DNA of 63,679 nt, filler included, from Nemertoderma westbladi (lineage: Eukaryota; Animalia; Xenacoelomorpha): the NCBI GenBank assembly GCA_032718475.1. It is 4 parts of 4 records of this genome, joined end to end, with 100 filler letters (N's around TTAATTAATTAA, not from the genome) between each part and the next. Parts side by side here need not be neighbours in the genome. Positions count along the whole stretch, not along the records: positions 13,526 to 44,285 come from JAUCBJ010002082.1; positions 44,386 to 59,642 come from JAUCBJ010004150.1; 2 more parts are not named here. One strand, 5' to 3'. Shown here piece after piece: positions 38,587-48,820 of this stretch (its first letter is position 1; each line of letters begins with the position of its first letter). The notes below the pieces were generated by a model. That model made no database searches. It was not told the DNA's origin and saw only the letters and a list, made by a program, of their open reading frames with translations. The position numbers were made by a program, and so were the translations under genes.

Positions 38587-39177
38587 ACTTATATTTATAT
38601 AAAGTGAATTAGAACCAGATCATAATTATTACATTTATCATTGGAAATATATTGAATATATATACTGTAATTGGAAAACAAACTATATCTAATTGCATCT
38701 CATTATTATACATTAACTTTTCTTGAACTATAAGAAAGAAGGTTTATAGACCCGATGAATTAAACCTATTGAATCTTTGAATATCTCCAATGAAAGTAAC
38801 AATGTGTTGGCAAGCTGTATTTTTCGAGGTGTTTGTTATTATACATTTTATTATAAGAAGGGATCTAGGGGTCTATGAGATATTAATTTCAAGAAAAATT
38901 ACGCGATTCCTAAATTTGTACACTACCCGGTTAAAAAGTACGCATGTGATGGGATTAGTCCTACAATTGCGCCAATAAAAGATAAGTTATTTTCGGTAAA
39001 ATAAACTTATCATTCGAGGTTAAGACCCCTAGATCCCTTCTTATAATAAAATGTATAATAACAAACACCTCGAAAAATACAGCTTGCCAACACATTGTTA
39101 CTATCAATAATCAAAAATCAGGGGCTAATAAAATGGCAGCTGTCTTTGAAATTAATACTCCATATCTCAAGAACCTG

Positions 39178-39230
39178 TGGCCTAGTGGTTGTAGTCTCGG
39201 CTTCGGCCTCGAGGTCCCAGGTTCGAATCC
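39178..39230 (+). promoter_or_regulatory. tRNA-type Pol III internal promoter (A and B boxes), repeated every 412 bp
   Basis: A box TGGCCTAGTGG at 39178-39188 and B box GGTTCGAATCC at 39220-39230, with a GGC-TTCG-GCC hairpin between. No complete acceptor stem. Confidence 0.85.
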
Positions 39231-39233
39231 GAC

Positions 39234-39276
39234 ACCACGCTGATGAGACCCAGTAAGGTCGAAACGCGTACGTGGT
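39234..39276 (+). ncRNA. Minimal type I hammerhead ribozyme, copy 1
   Basis: Stem I ACCACG/CGTGGT; core CTGATGA; stem II GACC-CAGTAA-GGTC; GAAA; palindromic stem III ACGCGT; predicted cleavage after GUA at 39270. Confidence 0.92.
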
Positions 39277-39645
39277 TTGGAGAGATATGAGATATTAATT
39301 TCAAGAAAAATTACGCGATTCCTAAATTTGTACACTACCCGGTTAAAAAGTACGCATGTGATGGGATTAGTCCTACAATTGCGCCAATAAAAGATAAGTT
39401 ATTTTCGGTAAAATAAACTTATCATTCGAGGTTAAGACCCCTAGATCCCTTCTTATAATAAAATGTATAATAACAAACACCTCGAAAAATACAGCTTGCC
39501 AACACATTGTTACTATCAATAATCAAAAATCAGGGGCTAATAAAATGGCAGCTGTCTTTGAAATTAATACTCCATATCTCAAGAACCTGTGGCCTAGTGG
39601 TTGTAGTCTCGGCTTCGGCCTCGAGGTCCCAGGTTCGAATCCGAC

Positions 39646-39688
39646 ACCACGCTGATGAGACCCAGTAAGGTCGAAACGCGTACGTGGT
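39646..39688 (+). ncRNA. Minimal type I hammerhead ribozyme, copy 2
   Basis: Same sequence as copy 1. Confidence 0.92.
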
Positions 39689-40057
39689 TTGGAGAGATAT
39701 GAGATATTAATTTCAAGAAAAATTACGCGATTCCTAAATTTGTACACTACCCGGTTAAAAAGTACGCATGTGATGGGATTAGTCCTACAATTGCGCCAAT
39801 AAAAGATAAGTTATTTTCGGTAAAATAAACTTATCATTCGAGGTTAAGACCCCTAGATCCCTTCTTATAATAAAATGTATAATAACAAACACCTCGAAAA
39901 ATACAGCTTGCCAACACATTGTTACTATCAATAATCAAAAATCAGGGGCTAATAAAATGGCAGCTGTCTTTGAAATTAATACTCCATATCTCAAGAACCT
40001 GTGGCCTAGTGGTTGTAGTCTCGGCTTCGGCCTCGAGGTCCCAGGTTCGAATCCGAC

Positions 40058-40100
40058 ACCACGCTGATGAGACCCAGTAAGGTCGAAACGCGTACGTGGT
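40058..40100 (+). ncRNA. Minimal type I hammerhead ribozyme, copy 3
   Basis: Same sequence as copy 1. Confidence 0.92.
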
Positions 40101-40469
40101 TTGGAGAGATATGAGATATTAATTTCAAGAAAAATTACGCGATTCCTAAATTTGTACACTACCCGGTTAAAAAGTACGCATGTGATGGGATTAGTCCTAC
40201 AATTGCGCCAATAAAAGATAAGTTATTTTCGGTAAAATAAACTTATCATTCGAGGTTAAGACCCCTAGATCCCTTCTTATAATAAAATGTATAATAACAA
40301 ACACCTCGAAAAATACAGCTTGCCAACACATTGTTACTATCAATAATCAAAAATCAGGGGCTAATAAAATGGCAGCTGTCTTTGAAATTAATACTCCATA
40401 TCTCAAGAACCTGTGGCCTAGTGGTTGTAGTCTCGGCTTCGGCCTCGAGGTCCCAGGTTCGAATCCGAC

Positions 40470-40512
40470 ACCACGCTGATGAGACCCAGTAAGGTCGAAA
40501 CGCGTACGTGGT
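40470..40512 (+). ncRNA. Minimal type I hammerhead ribozyme, copy 4
   Basis: Same sequence as copy 1. Confidence 0.92.
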
Positions 40513-40881
40513 TTGGAGAGATATGAGATATTAATTTCAAGAAAAATTACGCGATTCCTAAATTTGTACACTACCCGGTTAAAAAGTACGCATGTGATGG
40601 GATTAGTCCTACAATTGCGCCAATAAAAGATAAGTTATTTTCGGTAAAATAAACTTATCATTCGAGGTTAAGACCCCTAGATCCCTTCTTATAATAAAAT
40701 GTATAATAACAAACACCTCGAAAAATACAGCTTGCCAACACATTGTTACTATCAATAATCAAAAATCAGGGGCTAATAAAATGGCAGCTGTCTTTGAAAT
40801 TAATACTCCATATCTCAAGAACCTGTGGCCTAGTGGTTGTAGTCTCGGCTTCGGCCTCGAGGTCCCAGGTTCGAATCCGAC

Positions 40882-40924
40882 ACCACGCTGATGAGACCCA
40901 GTAAGGTCGAAACGCGTACGTGGT
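40882..40924 (+). ncRNA. Minimal type I hammerhead ribozyme, copy 5
   Basis: Same sequence as copy 1. Confidence 0.92.
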
Positions 40925-41135
40925 TTGGAGAGATATGAGATATTAATTTCAAGAAAAATTACGCGATTCCTAAATTTGTACACTACCCGGTTAAAAAGTA
41001 CGCATGTGATGGGATTAGTCCTACAATTGCGCCAATAAAAGATAAGTTATTTTCGGTAAAATAAACTTATCATTCGAGGTTAAGACCCCTAGATCCCTTC
41101 TTATAATCCAATGAAAGTGGCGCTGTGCAATTAGC

Positions 41136-41825
41136 ATGCGAATCTCAGCTCAGCGGTATGAGCTCTGGCTCATACAAGAGCTTTGCTTAGCGTTGCACTG
41201 CTCAATTGGATTTTGCTTCACTTGTAAATTTGGATCAACCTACAATTACACAAATGAAAACGAAGATATCGAAAATAAGGTCCAATCATATATTAACCGC
41301 CTATTATTTGCAAACTTCGGAGACACAATCCCCTTCATTGTAAATCATTGCGAAGACCAATGCGGATTTCTAAGCATGAGATTCCTTGGATACGTCATGG
41401 AGAATGATGTTAAGTTCAAGGGTATGTTGGAATGGAATTCATACAGTTGCAAGTCGGGGGACAATGCGAATCCATGTTCTAACCCAGAAGGATTCCAATG
41501 CGAATCAGTATTCACTTCTCCTCAGGCGGCAGATCAAATACTGAATGGTTTCGGTGATCTTTTCTTCAAAGTGAAAGAAATTTACAAGAGTCAGATGACA
41601 CTCACAAAGGAAATTTGTCAATTTGATTGCTGTAACAGTACTTGCTCTGCTTTTGAATGGGACGCAGCTGACTCATTTACATCACGTCCAACTACCGTAG
41701 CAGCAACTACTGACAAGGCAACCACTAGCGTTGTCGATTACACCACGACGATGAATGGGTCTGCAAACAACATCTCATCAATGATACAACTAGCCGTGAT
41801 CATCACAATGTGTGTAATCTTTTAG
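41136..41825 (+). CDS. Cys-rich, probably secreted and GPI-anchored protein (Ly6/uPAR-like pattern)
   Basis: Moderately hydrophobic N-terminus, CFTC...C...C...CQFDCCN, a Thr-rich stalk, then NGS and a hydrophobic C-terminal tail. Open 229 codons. Confidence 0.72.
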   Translation: MRISAQRYELWLIQELCLALHCSIGFCFTCKFGSTYNYTNENEDIENKVQSYINRLLFANFGDTIPFIVNHCEDQCGFLSMRFLGYVMENDVKFKGMLEWNSYSCKSGDNANPCSNPEGFQCESVFTSPQAADQILNGFGDLFFKVKEIYKSQMTLTKEICQFDCCNSTCSAFEWDAADSFTSRPTTVAATTDKATTSVVDYTTTMNGSANNISSMIQLAVIITMCVIF

Positions 41826-42899
41826 AATTCGGGGTATTGATAATAGTCCAGTAGACGCTCAATAGAGCTCAAGGGAGGACCGTGAACTTGGGTGATCACG
41901 CAATTTTATTTTCTCAATGTCTTCCCTGATAATAATAATGTAAATATTCACCGGGTGCCAGTTGGGATACCTTGGGGAATTTTTTTTACAGCATAGAATA
42001 CAAGTGCAAATTATTCAACCTATTCCAAAAATTACATTGAATTATAAACGTTTGTTACTGGAGTAATTAAATTAAGTGTTCTAGAACAGAGATAAACAAC
42101 TACGTATATCTGTATATGTTTAGATCTGAATATACTGTAATTGCTGTACTGTATACTTAGCTATGATATGAAAGCTTTGATTACCCATATTTTGCAAATC
42201 TTTTAACGGTATGTAGGCCTACGCATATGCTCGTTATCACTGCCGTTTCGTTAACCGCTTTGTTTATATATTGCCTACCGCCTCGTAATTTGACTTGGTT
42301 TACACACACACTTTATTGGCCATTAGTCTTATTTATTGAAATTGACATAGCTAGTATTTTTTATGGTAGCACACAGCGGCACATTTATTCATAAAATCAA
42401 AAAATAATATTACGTAACTTGTTTTGTATTTTACATAGCTAGTATTTTTTTATGGTTGGTAGCAGTTTTAGTTGTGTTGAAAATGAATTTAGCTAAATTC
42501 AAATTTCTAAAATATTCCAGAATAAGCAAAAAGTAAAAACATAAGAAAGGGGAAGTCACTTGGTGGATTGAAGGGGAAAAGTCTGTCCCAAGAACAGTCG
42601 ACCATTTGCGTGTTATCCCACCACATATGCAATATGTTTGCCTTGGGTGTGGATAACATGTTTGATTCAGGGTTAGTGGATGATGATTAAAATCTTGAAG
42701 GTGATTTAAGACGACATAAAGAGGAAGGCACTATGCGGCGGCATCTTGATGCCGGTGATAGAATCAGTATACTTCGAACATTAAAATAGTGCAGGGATCC
42801 ATTTGGCTTTAACCCTATTCAGCCTGGGCTAATCTATCCGAGATTCAACCTGGGTGTTGGCGTTTTCTGCCAACAATTTTGAATACATTTGAATACATT

Positions 42900-44281
42900 C
42901 CAATGTGGATAATGCCGTAAAGTTGGGGTTGGAGTCGGCAAGGGCATTCAAATCAACTCTCCCAAATGGTTCACTACAAAGAAGCAACACCCTAAAGTAT
43001 TCAACCTTCCCCCCCACACAGAGTGCCGCTGTACAACATGTAAAATGGGCTCGTTTTCAAGTTCTTTTGTGGAGAGCTGCTGATGATCCTGCACCTCCAC
43101 TGTTGGCTGTTAACAAGTTTGGTTGGATAAAAAGTAAAGTAGACATAAAAAGTAAAGTAAAACGTAAATTTTCTTCGGCCGCTAGGCCAGGGATTACGCA
43201 CAAAGTCTGACAACTTATTTCCAGTGCGGTCCCCCAGAACTTTACTCCACAGAGGAAACTCCAGTACTCATTTAGCTACCATTTAAGGATGCAAAGCAGA
43301 GATGCGCCCTGGCTGGTCCCTTTAAAGCATTCGTGCCGAAACGAAAGCTGCCCTGGCCCATTTGAGGATCGAACCCACGACCTACAGGAGATGTGAATTC
43401 AATGCAACCACTACACCAAGGTGGAACTATCAATGACCGATGGATAGCGATCAATGACAAACTGATACCGGATCCTGGCGTCTCATCCATTGCCCCAATT
43501 TCGATCCTTAAAACTATATCTTGTAATTGCAAGTCCGAAAGTGCCTGTTCTGCCAATCGATGCGGCTGCTCTATAGCCGCTCTACCATGTACTACAATAT
43601 GCACCTGCACCACTTCAAGGTGTAAAAATAAATACAATGTCTAAAGCGATGTTCCGTTTAAATAAATAATTTAATAAACATACAACTCTTCTAGCTGATT
43701 GATTAACTTTCGTAATACCAGTAATGGAGAGTATATTTGGGATAGATACCCAGATAGGTACACAGTAAAGAATGATGGCACATTGAATCTACTGTACCTA
43801 TATTCTGCAATCGTTGGATAGATACACGTCAAAATTTGCATTTGAAAGGAGAAAACTAACTCATCTAATTAAATGAAAACTAACTTTGATTAATAACCCC
43901 CCAGTGATGATATAATTGTTTGCTTTTATAAATAGTTACATAAATAATCTAAAGTTTAATAGTTGGCATATCTTAATAAACATCCCAAAGGCCAAAATTT
44001 ATGATTAATAATGTTGCTATGGGAACTAATCTTCTAGAAATCTTATTCAGAATAATTAACAAGAGCTGTGGCAATAGGTGCAAGGTCGCAGATATCTCAA
44101 AATAAAACCTTGTGTGCCGGTTGCTATGGAAACTTAGGTTAAGTGCTTTATAAAAAGTTCCCCAAAGGTGCCAAAGTGGCACCCGACGGATTTTGATTAC
44201 TCTAAGGTCCGACTAAAGTTTAAGCAAATAAAAATGCGTGATGACCCAAAGTCACGGTGGACCCCTCTGTTTACCTGACTA
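42900..44281 (+). mobile_element. Academ-like DNA transposon 3' remnant
   Basis: FPPTQSAAVQHVKWARFQVLLW...FGW...ISCNCKSESACSANRCGCSIAALPCTTICTC (Cys8 finger). Candidate terminus ...TTTACCTGACTA reads TAG on the minus strand. Confidence 0.65.
43130..43440 (-). mobile_element. tRNA-derived SINE inserted in the Academ-like ORF
   Basis: A box TGGTGTAGTGG, B box GGTTCGATCC, ACTTT tail; TSD TGGATA at 43124-43129 and 43441-43446. Removing it restores FGWIAINDK. Confidence 0.88.
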
Positions 44282-44285
44282 TAAA

Positions 44286-44385
44286 NNNNNNNNNNNNNNN
44301 NNNNNNNNNNNNNNNNNNNNNNNNNNNNNTTAATTAATTAANNNNNNNNNNNNNNNNNNNNNNNNNNNNNNNNNNNNNNNNNNNN
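44286..44385. other. Artificial contig spacer
   Basis: N44-TTAATTAATTAA-N44. Confidence 0.97.
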
Positions 44386-45500
44386 ACAGCCATGAGGCTG
44401 CTGATTAGGCACTGGCTGGTCCTCACGGCGAAAGCAATGTCCTGCAAAGCGGAGGGGACTTTGTTATAGTGTCAAGCTTGGGGGAACCAATGAGACATCT
44501 ATCTCCAATGTTATATAGTGTCTGGTTGGAGATGTATGCATTGCCCTTGACACAATGAACCCGGCGTAGCATTCTTGTGAATGTGCCATCCAGAGATTTG
44601 GCGTCCTCAGCAGTTAGAGCCCAGCATGGACTCCCATAGAGGAGTACGGGAACTACTGCTGCTCTAAATAATCGGACCTTAATTCTATATGACTTCGAAA
44701 TCCTAGGAAGCCCATTCAAGGCTGACCATGCCTTTCCCTTACGTATTCGAATTTCGAAGGTCCTCATTTGACTTCCGGATCCATGACCCCAGGTAACAGA
44801 AGTCGTCCACATGCTCGAGCATACAGATAGAGGGGAAAACTGGACACAATAAAAATTCACCCCTCTCCAGGGGAAATTGGACGCAAATAACAGATGATTA
44901 CTCTCAAAAATAAAACAGTTACCTGTTCTATTGTGTTTAGTTTATTGTTTTGGTTAAAATATCGTGCCACTGTAACCTGCTCCTTTCCCTAAATTGTGAA
45001 TTTAACATTGATGCGGGATATTAATTCGCCAAGGCGGGTTTTGCATCAAGTTTCCCCCCACCCCCCCCCCCCCCCCCGTCTCCGAGCATACCATCCTTTG
45101 AGCATATGTTCATCCGGCCAGACACTTGCTGAGCACTTTCAAAATTAACTGCCAAAATGTTGGTCTTTTTGGAGTTAATAAAAAGACCAACACTAGAAGC
45201 AGCCTGTTCTATCTAATTAGGTGAGGAGCCGTTGGGCTCCCTCTAGTGATTCTGAGAGTACAGGAGTACTCCAAAGTCATCAGCAAAGTCTAGATCAGTT
45301 AGGTACTTGGCAGGAATTCGACTTCTAGAGCCAGTAGGTGGAGTTACCATTACCCCATCATCATTATGATGATCTAAGGACATGCGTAGAACATACTGAC
45401 ATAGTCAACCACAATTATGATTATGAACAAGAATAGCGCAAGTGTGTCTCCTTGGAGGACTCCCCATAATACTTTAAATGGTTCTGTGTCACCATCAACA
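44386..45500 (-). mobile_element. RTE-like LINE RT fragment
   Basis: GVLQGDTLA, DLDFADD and KVRLFRAAVVPVLLYG...LDGTFTRMLR; same family as 56698-57800. Confidence 0.88.
44825..45082. mobile_element. MITE with 9-bp TSD (MULE-like)
   Basis: CGAGCATAC at 44816-44824 and 45083-45091. Related sequence at about 12808-13045 and 59390-59465. Confidence 0.72.
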
Positions 45501-46900
45501 GTCAGACTGTCAGATAGTAGACACAAAAATAAATTCAAAAATAAAACAAAAATAAAACTCGAACAGAATAAATATACAATATAAGACATTAGAGACTGCT
45601 AATTTCAAGTCATTGTCACTGTACATGTTATTAGCCGGACATTTTAGAAGTACAGGTGGTAGCAAGACTGTAGCATGTATCTCAGTATCTCCTACAACAA
45701 CTAACCACAGTCACTCTAATGATATCAATATCAGCTGATAAGATCAGAAACAAATAGTCGGACAGCAGGACAGAATAACAGTATTAATAACTGGTTGTGT
45801 CAGTGTGTAGCAATTTTTGGGTAAAATCGGTTTCAGTACACCCACTTGGCAATATTTTGAAGTTCCAAAACCCGTTGATTTGCTGATGTACTGTACTGGT
45901 ATAGGCCTATATAAATATACCAATTGAGGAAAAGGAGAAGGTTACAGAGGCAGGCTTTTCGAACCAGAACAATAAATGATCACTTTACCAATTGAGGGAA
46001 ACCATACTGCCATATGGCTGTATGGTCAGAGAGTCATTAGTCACATGGTTAAACAGTCAGTAGTTACTCTACAGCTCTATAACCAAAAAAATCAGTCAGT
46101 CAGGCAATAGGTACCCGTACCCCGTGAACATTTTTTGGACCACCCTCCAGCCCTCTACTGTCAGACTGTCTACTGTCGGACGTCTACAGGGTTATCGTTC
46201 ATATGCCAGTATGCGTAGGTACCTCTGGCAAAAGAAGCAGGTTACAGTGGTGGTGTTTTCTAACCAAAACAATAAACTAATCTCCATTACTTAATTAACG
46301 GAAAGGAGCAGGTTACAGTGGTGGGCTTTTCTAACCAAAACAATAAACAATATCTCAATAACATAGGGTATTTCATACTTATAGTCTTATTTTTGCAATA
46401 CGAAAATACCAGAGGTACGCATATGAACTATAACTGTCTACAGCCCTAGTTCAGTTAGGTACAATGGCCAAATCTGGCAACCTCAAAAGTTGCCACATAT
46501 GGCAATGTTTATTGCCAAATCTGGCAACTTTTGGTTTTTCTAATTTTCGCACGCCCAGAAGCAAAATCGCATTTCGGTAAATAGTTAAGTGAAAAGAGCG
46601 CGAAATTTAAATATAATTGACCGTATAAGAAAAAAAATCATCGTCTGAATTTCTCTTAGCAAAAGGCCGAAATGTGCCTAAAATTATTATTGCCATTTTT
46701 GGCAACCATTAGAATTAAATCAAAATAATGGTTGCCATTTTTGGCAACCATTATTATAATAATAATAATAATATAATATTGGTTATTTATATAGCGCTTT
46801 TCTACGCTCAGCATACTCAATGCGCTTTTATTATCATTAGGCCTACCCCAGCAAAGCCAGGTTCCCATTATACCGCTGGGTTGACATAGGCACTAATTAT

Positions 46901-48820
46901 CAGTCGGTGAGAAGTCAAAAATTGGACTTCAAGTCCAATTTTAGACTTCAAGTCCAATTTTGGACTCCAAAGTCCAATATTGGACTTTAGTACAACTCCA
47001 AGTGTACCCATGCTGCCATACTGTATATCGGTATTTAAATCAAAACTGCATCCCGTATCAGTACATATATATTAGATAATTACAATGCAACATTATTTTA
47101 ATGATCAAATTAATTATTTTATGTATTATACAATTTTATAAACAGGGATCGCACACCTACAGTCAGACATCAGTCGTTACTTTTTGCGGTAGTGGTATAG
47201 CTTTGCGGTAGCCTTACTGCCTTAGCGGTGTATACCGCGGTAGCGTAGTTGAGTTATAGCTGTATAGTTCATTCATACCCATACAGCCATACCTGTGGTA
47301 TTTTCGTATGGCAAAAATAAGACTACTGTAAACTGTAACCTATTACCCTATGTTATTGAGTTAATGTTTATTGACTAATTGTTTTGATTAGGTTCACTGT
47401 GTCAAGTACAATGCACACATCTCTGTATCTCCAACCAGACACTGTATAACATTGGAGTTGGAGGTGTCTCATTCAGTCATTGGTTCCCCCAAGCTTGACA
47501 CTAGAACAAAGCCGCCTCCGCTTTGCAGGACATCGCTTTAAGCCATGAGGACCAGCCAGTGCACCTCATGCTGTCATGGAGTGAATAAGCATGGTGGACA
47601 GCCCATGACTTTCTTGAGACGCATCTTTCTTACTGTCTTAAAGGACACTGGCCTTGAAGATGTGGATGATCTAATAGCAAATGTCATGGGTGATAAGGCT
47701 GTAAGAGTGTAAGGGAGTTGTGGAGGCGCACTTTTGTCAACAAGCTGGCACAGCATTCTTAATACATAATAGGGCCTATATATATAATGCAGCTGCAATG
47801 AATCATGCCGATTGTAGTAGTAGTATGTGGTGAGGTTATAGGGCTCCTTCAATTGGTAAAGTCAAAAGTGGCCGTTTATTGTTTTAGTTAGAAAAGCCTG
47901 CCTCTGTAACCTGTTCCTTTCCCTCAATTGGTTTATGATTGGTTACTTGTTACTTCTGTACTTATTATGTGGAGACCCCAACACGTTAATCAGTTACTAA
48001 TCCCATTTCATTATCCTGTTATCCAGCCGTTTTATAATACCATTCCTGTTGTATGAAAAAATTAGAAGAGACTGAGAGGTGGTGGTCTGGTGGTAGCATC
48101 AACTTGTAGTATTTCTTTCTGATAGGGCTCCCATAGCCTTAGACGAAATCGTAGCTTGAACTGTAGTTAGCCTTAGCAGCAGCTGCAGTTGGCTAACCTG
48201 GCATTGCTATCAGTATCCACCAAATATAATTTGTAATTAAATATTTGTTGGAGCATAATCTAATCTAGTCCTAAAGACACTATAAAGTCCTGGGTACATA
48301 AAGCTGTAAGGTTAGACATAACATGAATGTAAATTGTAAACTAAACAATATGCTAAAAGTAAAGTACAAAGTACCTAGAATGCTAGAATGTACCATTATT
48401 CTAAGTACAGTACAGTCAGTACACTGAAGATACAAACAGAGCTGCTAAGGTAACTTTCCATAACTTAACAGCTGTCTGGCTGTCTCTCATCTGTCATGCT
48501 TCATGTACCTTTAAGTTCGATTCTCAATGTCACGTCCAAAATTGGACTTAAAGTCCAATATTGGACTTTTGTAAAAATTCAAAGCCTTATAAAGAAAGTT
48601 CCCCCTGGTGAATTTCAGGTCCCCCTGTTCAAAACTCTTATTTTTTGATATATTTTCGATTAAAGAAAAAAAATCCCGCCCGATCCAATTACCCAAGGCC
48701 CTGGAACAATTGCCTGATTTGAAGTCCAATATTGGACTCACAGAAGTCCAATTTTGGACTTGAAATGGAGTCGAAGTCCAATTTTGGACTCAAGTCCAAT
48801 TTTTGACTTCTCACCGACTG
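46901..48820. mobile_element. Nested non-autonomous TIR element with 5-bp TSD
   Basis: TIR CAGTCGGTGAGAAGTCAAAAATTGGACT; ATTAT at 46896-46900 and 48821-48825; palindromic AAGTCCAATATTGGACTT subterminal repeats. Confidence 0.87.
47390..47745 (+). mobile_element. 3' end fragment of the RTE-like LINE
   Basis: Matches the reverse complement of 44390-44560 and 56700-56815 (CCAAGCTTGACACTAGAAC...CTCCGCTTTGCA). Confidence 0.75.

Larger units (their letters stand above)
38798..41106 (+). mobile_element. Retrozyme-like insertion: ~5.4 x 412-bp units plus inverted 5' segment, with TSD
   Basis: Period 412 from 38874 to 41107. Segment 38795-38874 is the reverse complement of part of the unit. TCCAATGAAAGT occurs at 38786-38797 and 41107-41118. 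Confidence 0.9.

Noticed and set aside
39170-39240. tRNA gene array
   Set aside because: A and B boxes are present, but there is no 7-bp acceptor stem or proper anticodon loop; this is a SINE-like head.
39111-40983. Five identical 74-aa minus-strand ORFs
   Set aside because: They are antisense to the tRNA-like/hammerhead module, start at a non-ATG codon, and recur only because of the repeat.
38874-41107. CRISPR array
   Set aside because: Units are identical with no variable spacers, there are no cas genes, and the context is eukaryotic.
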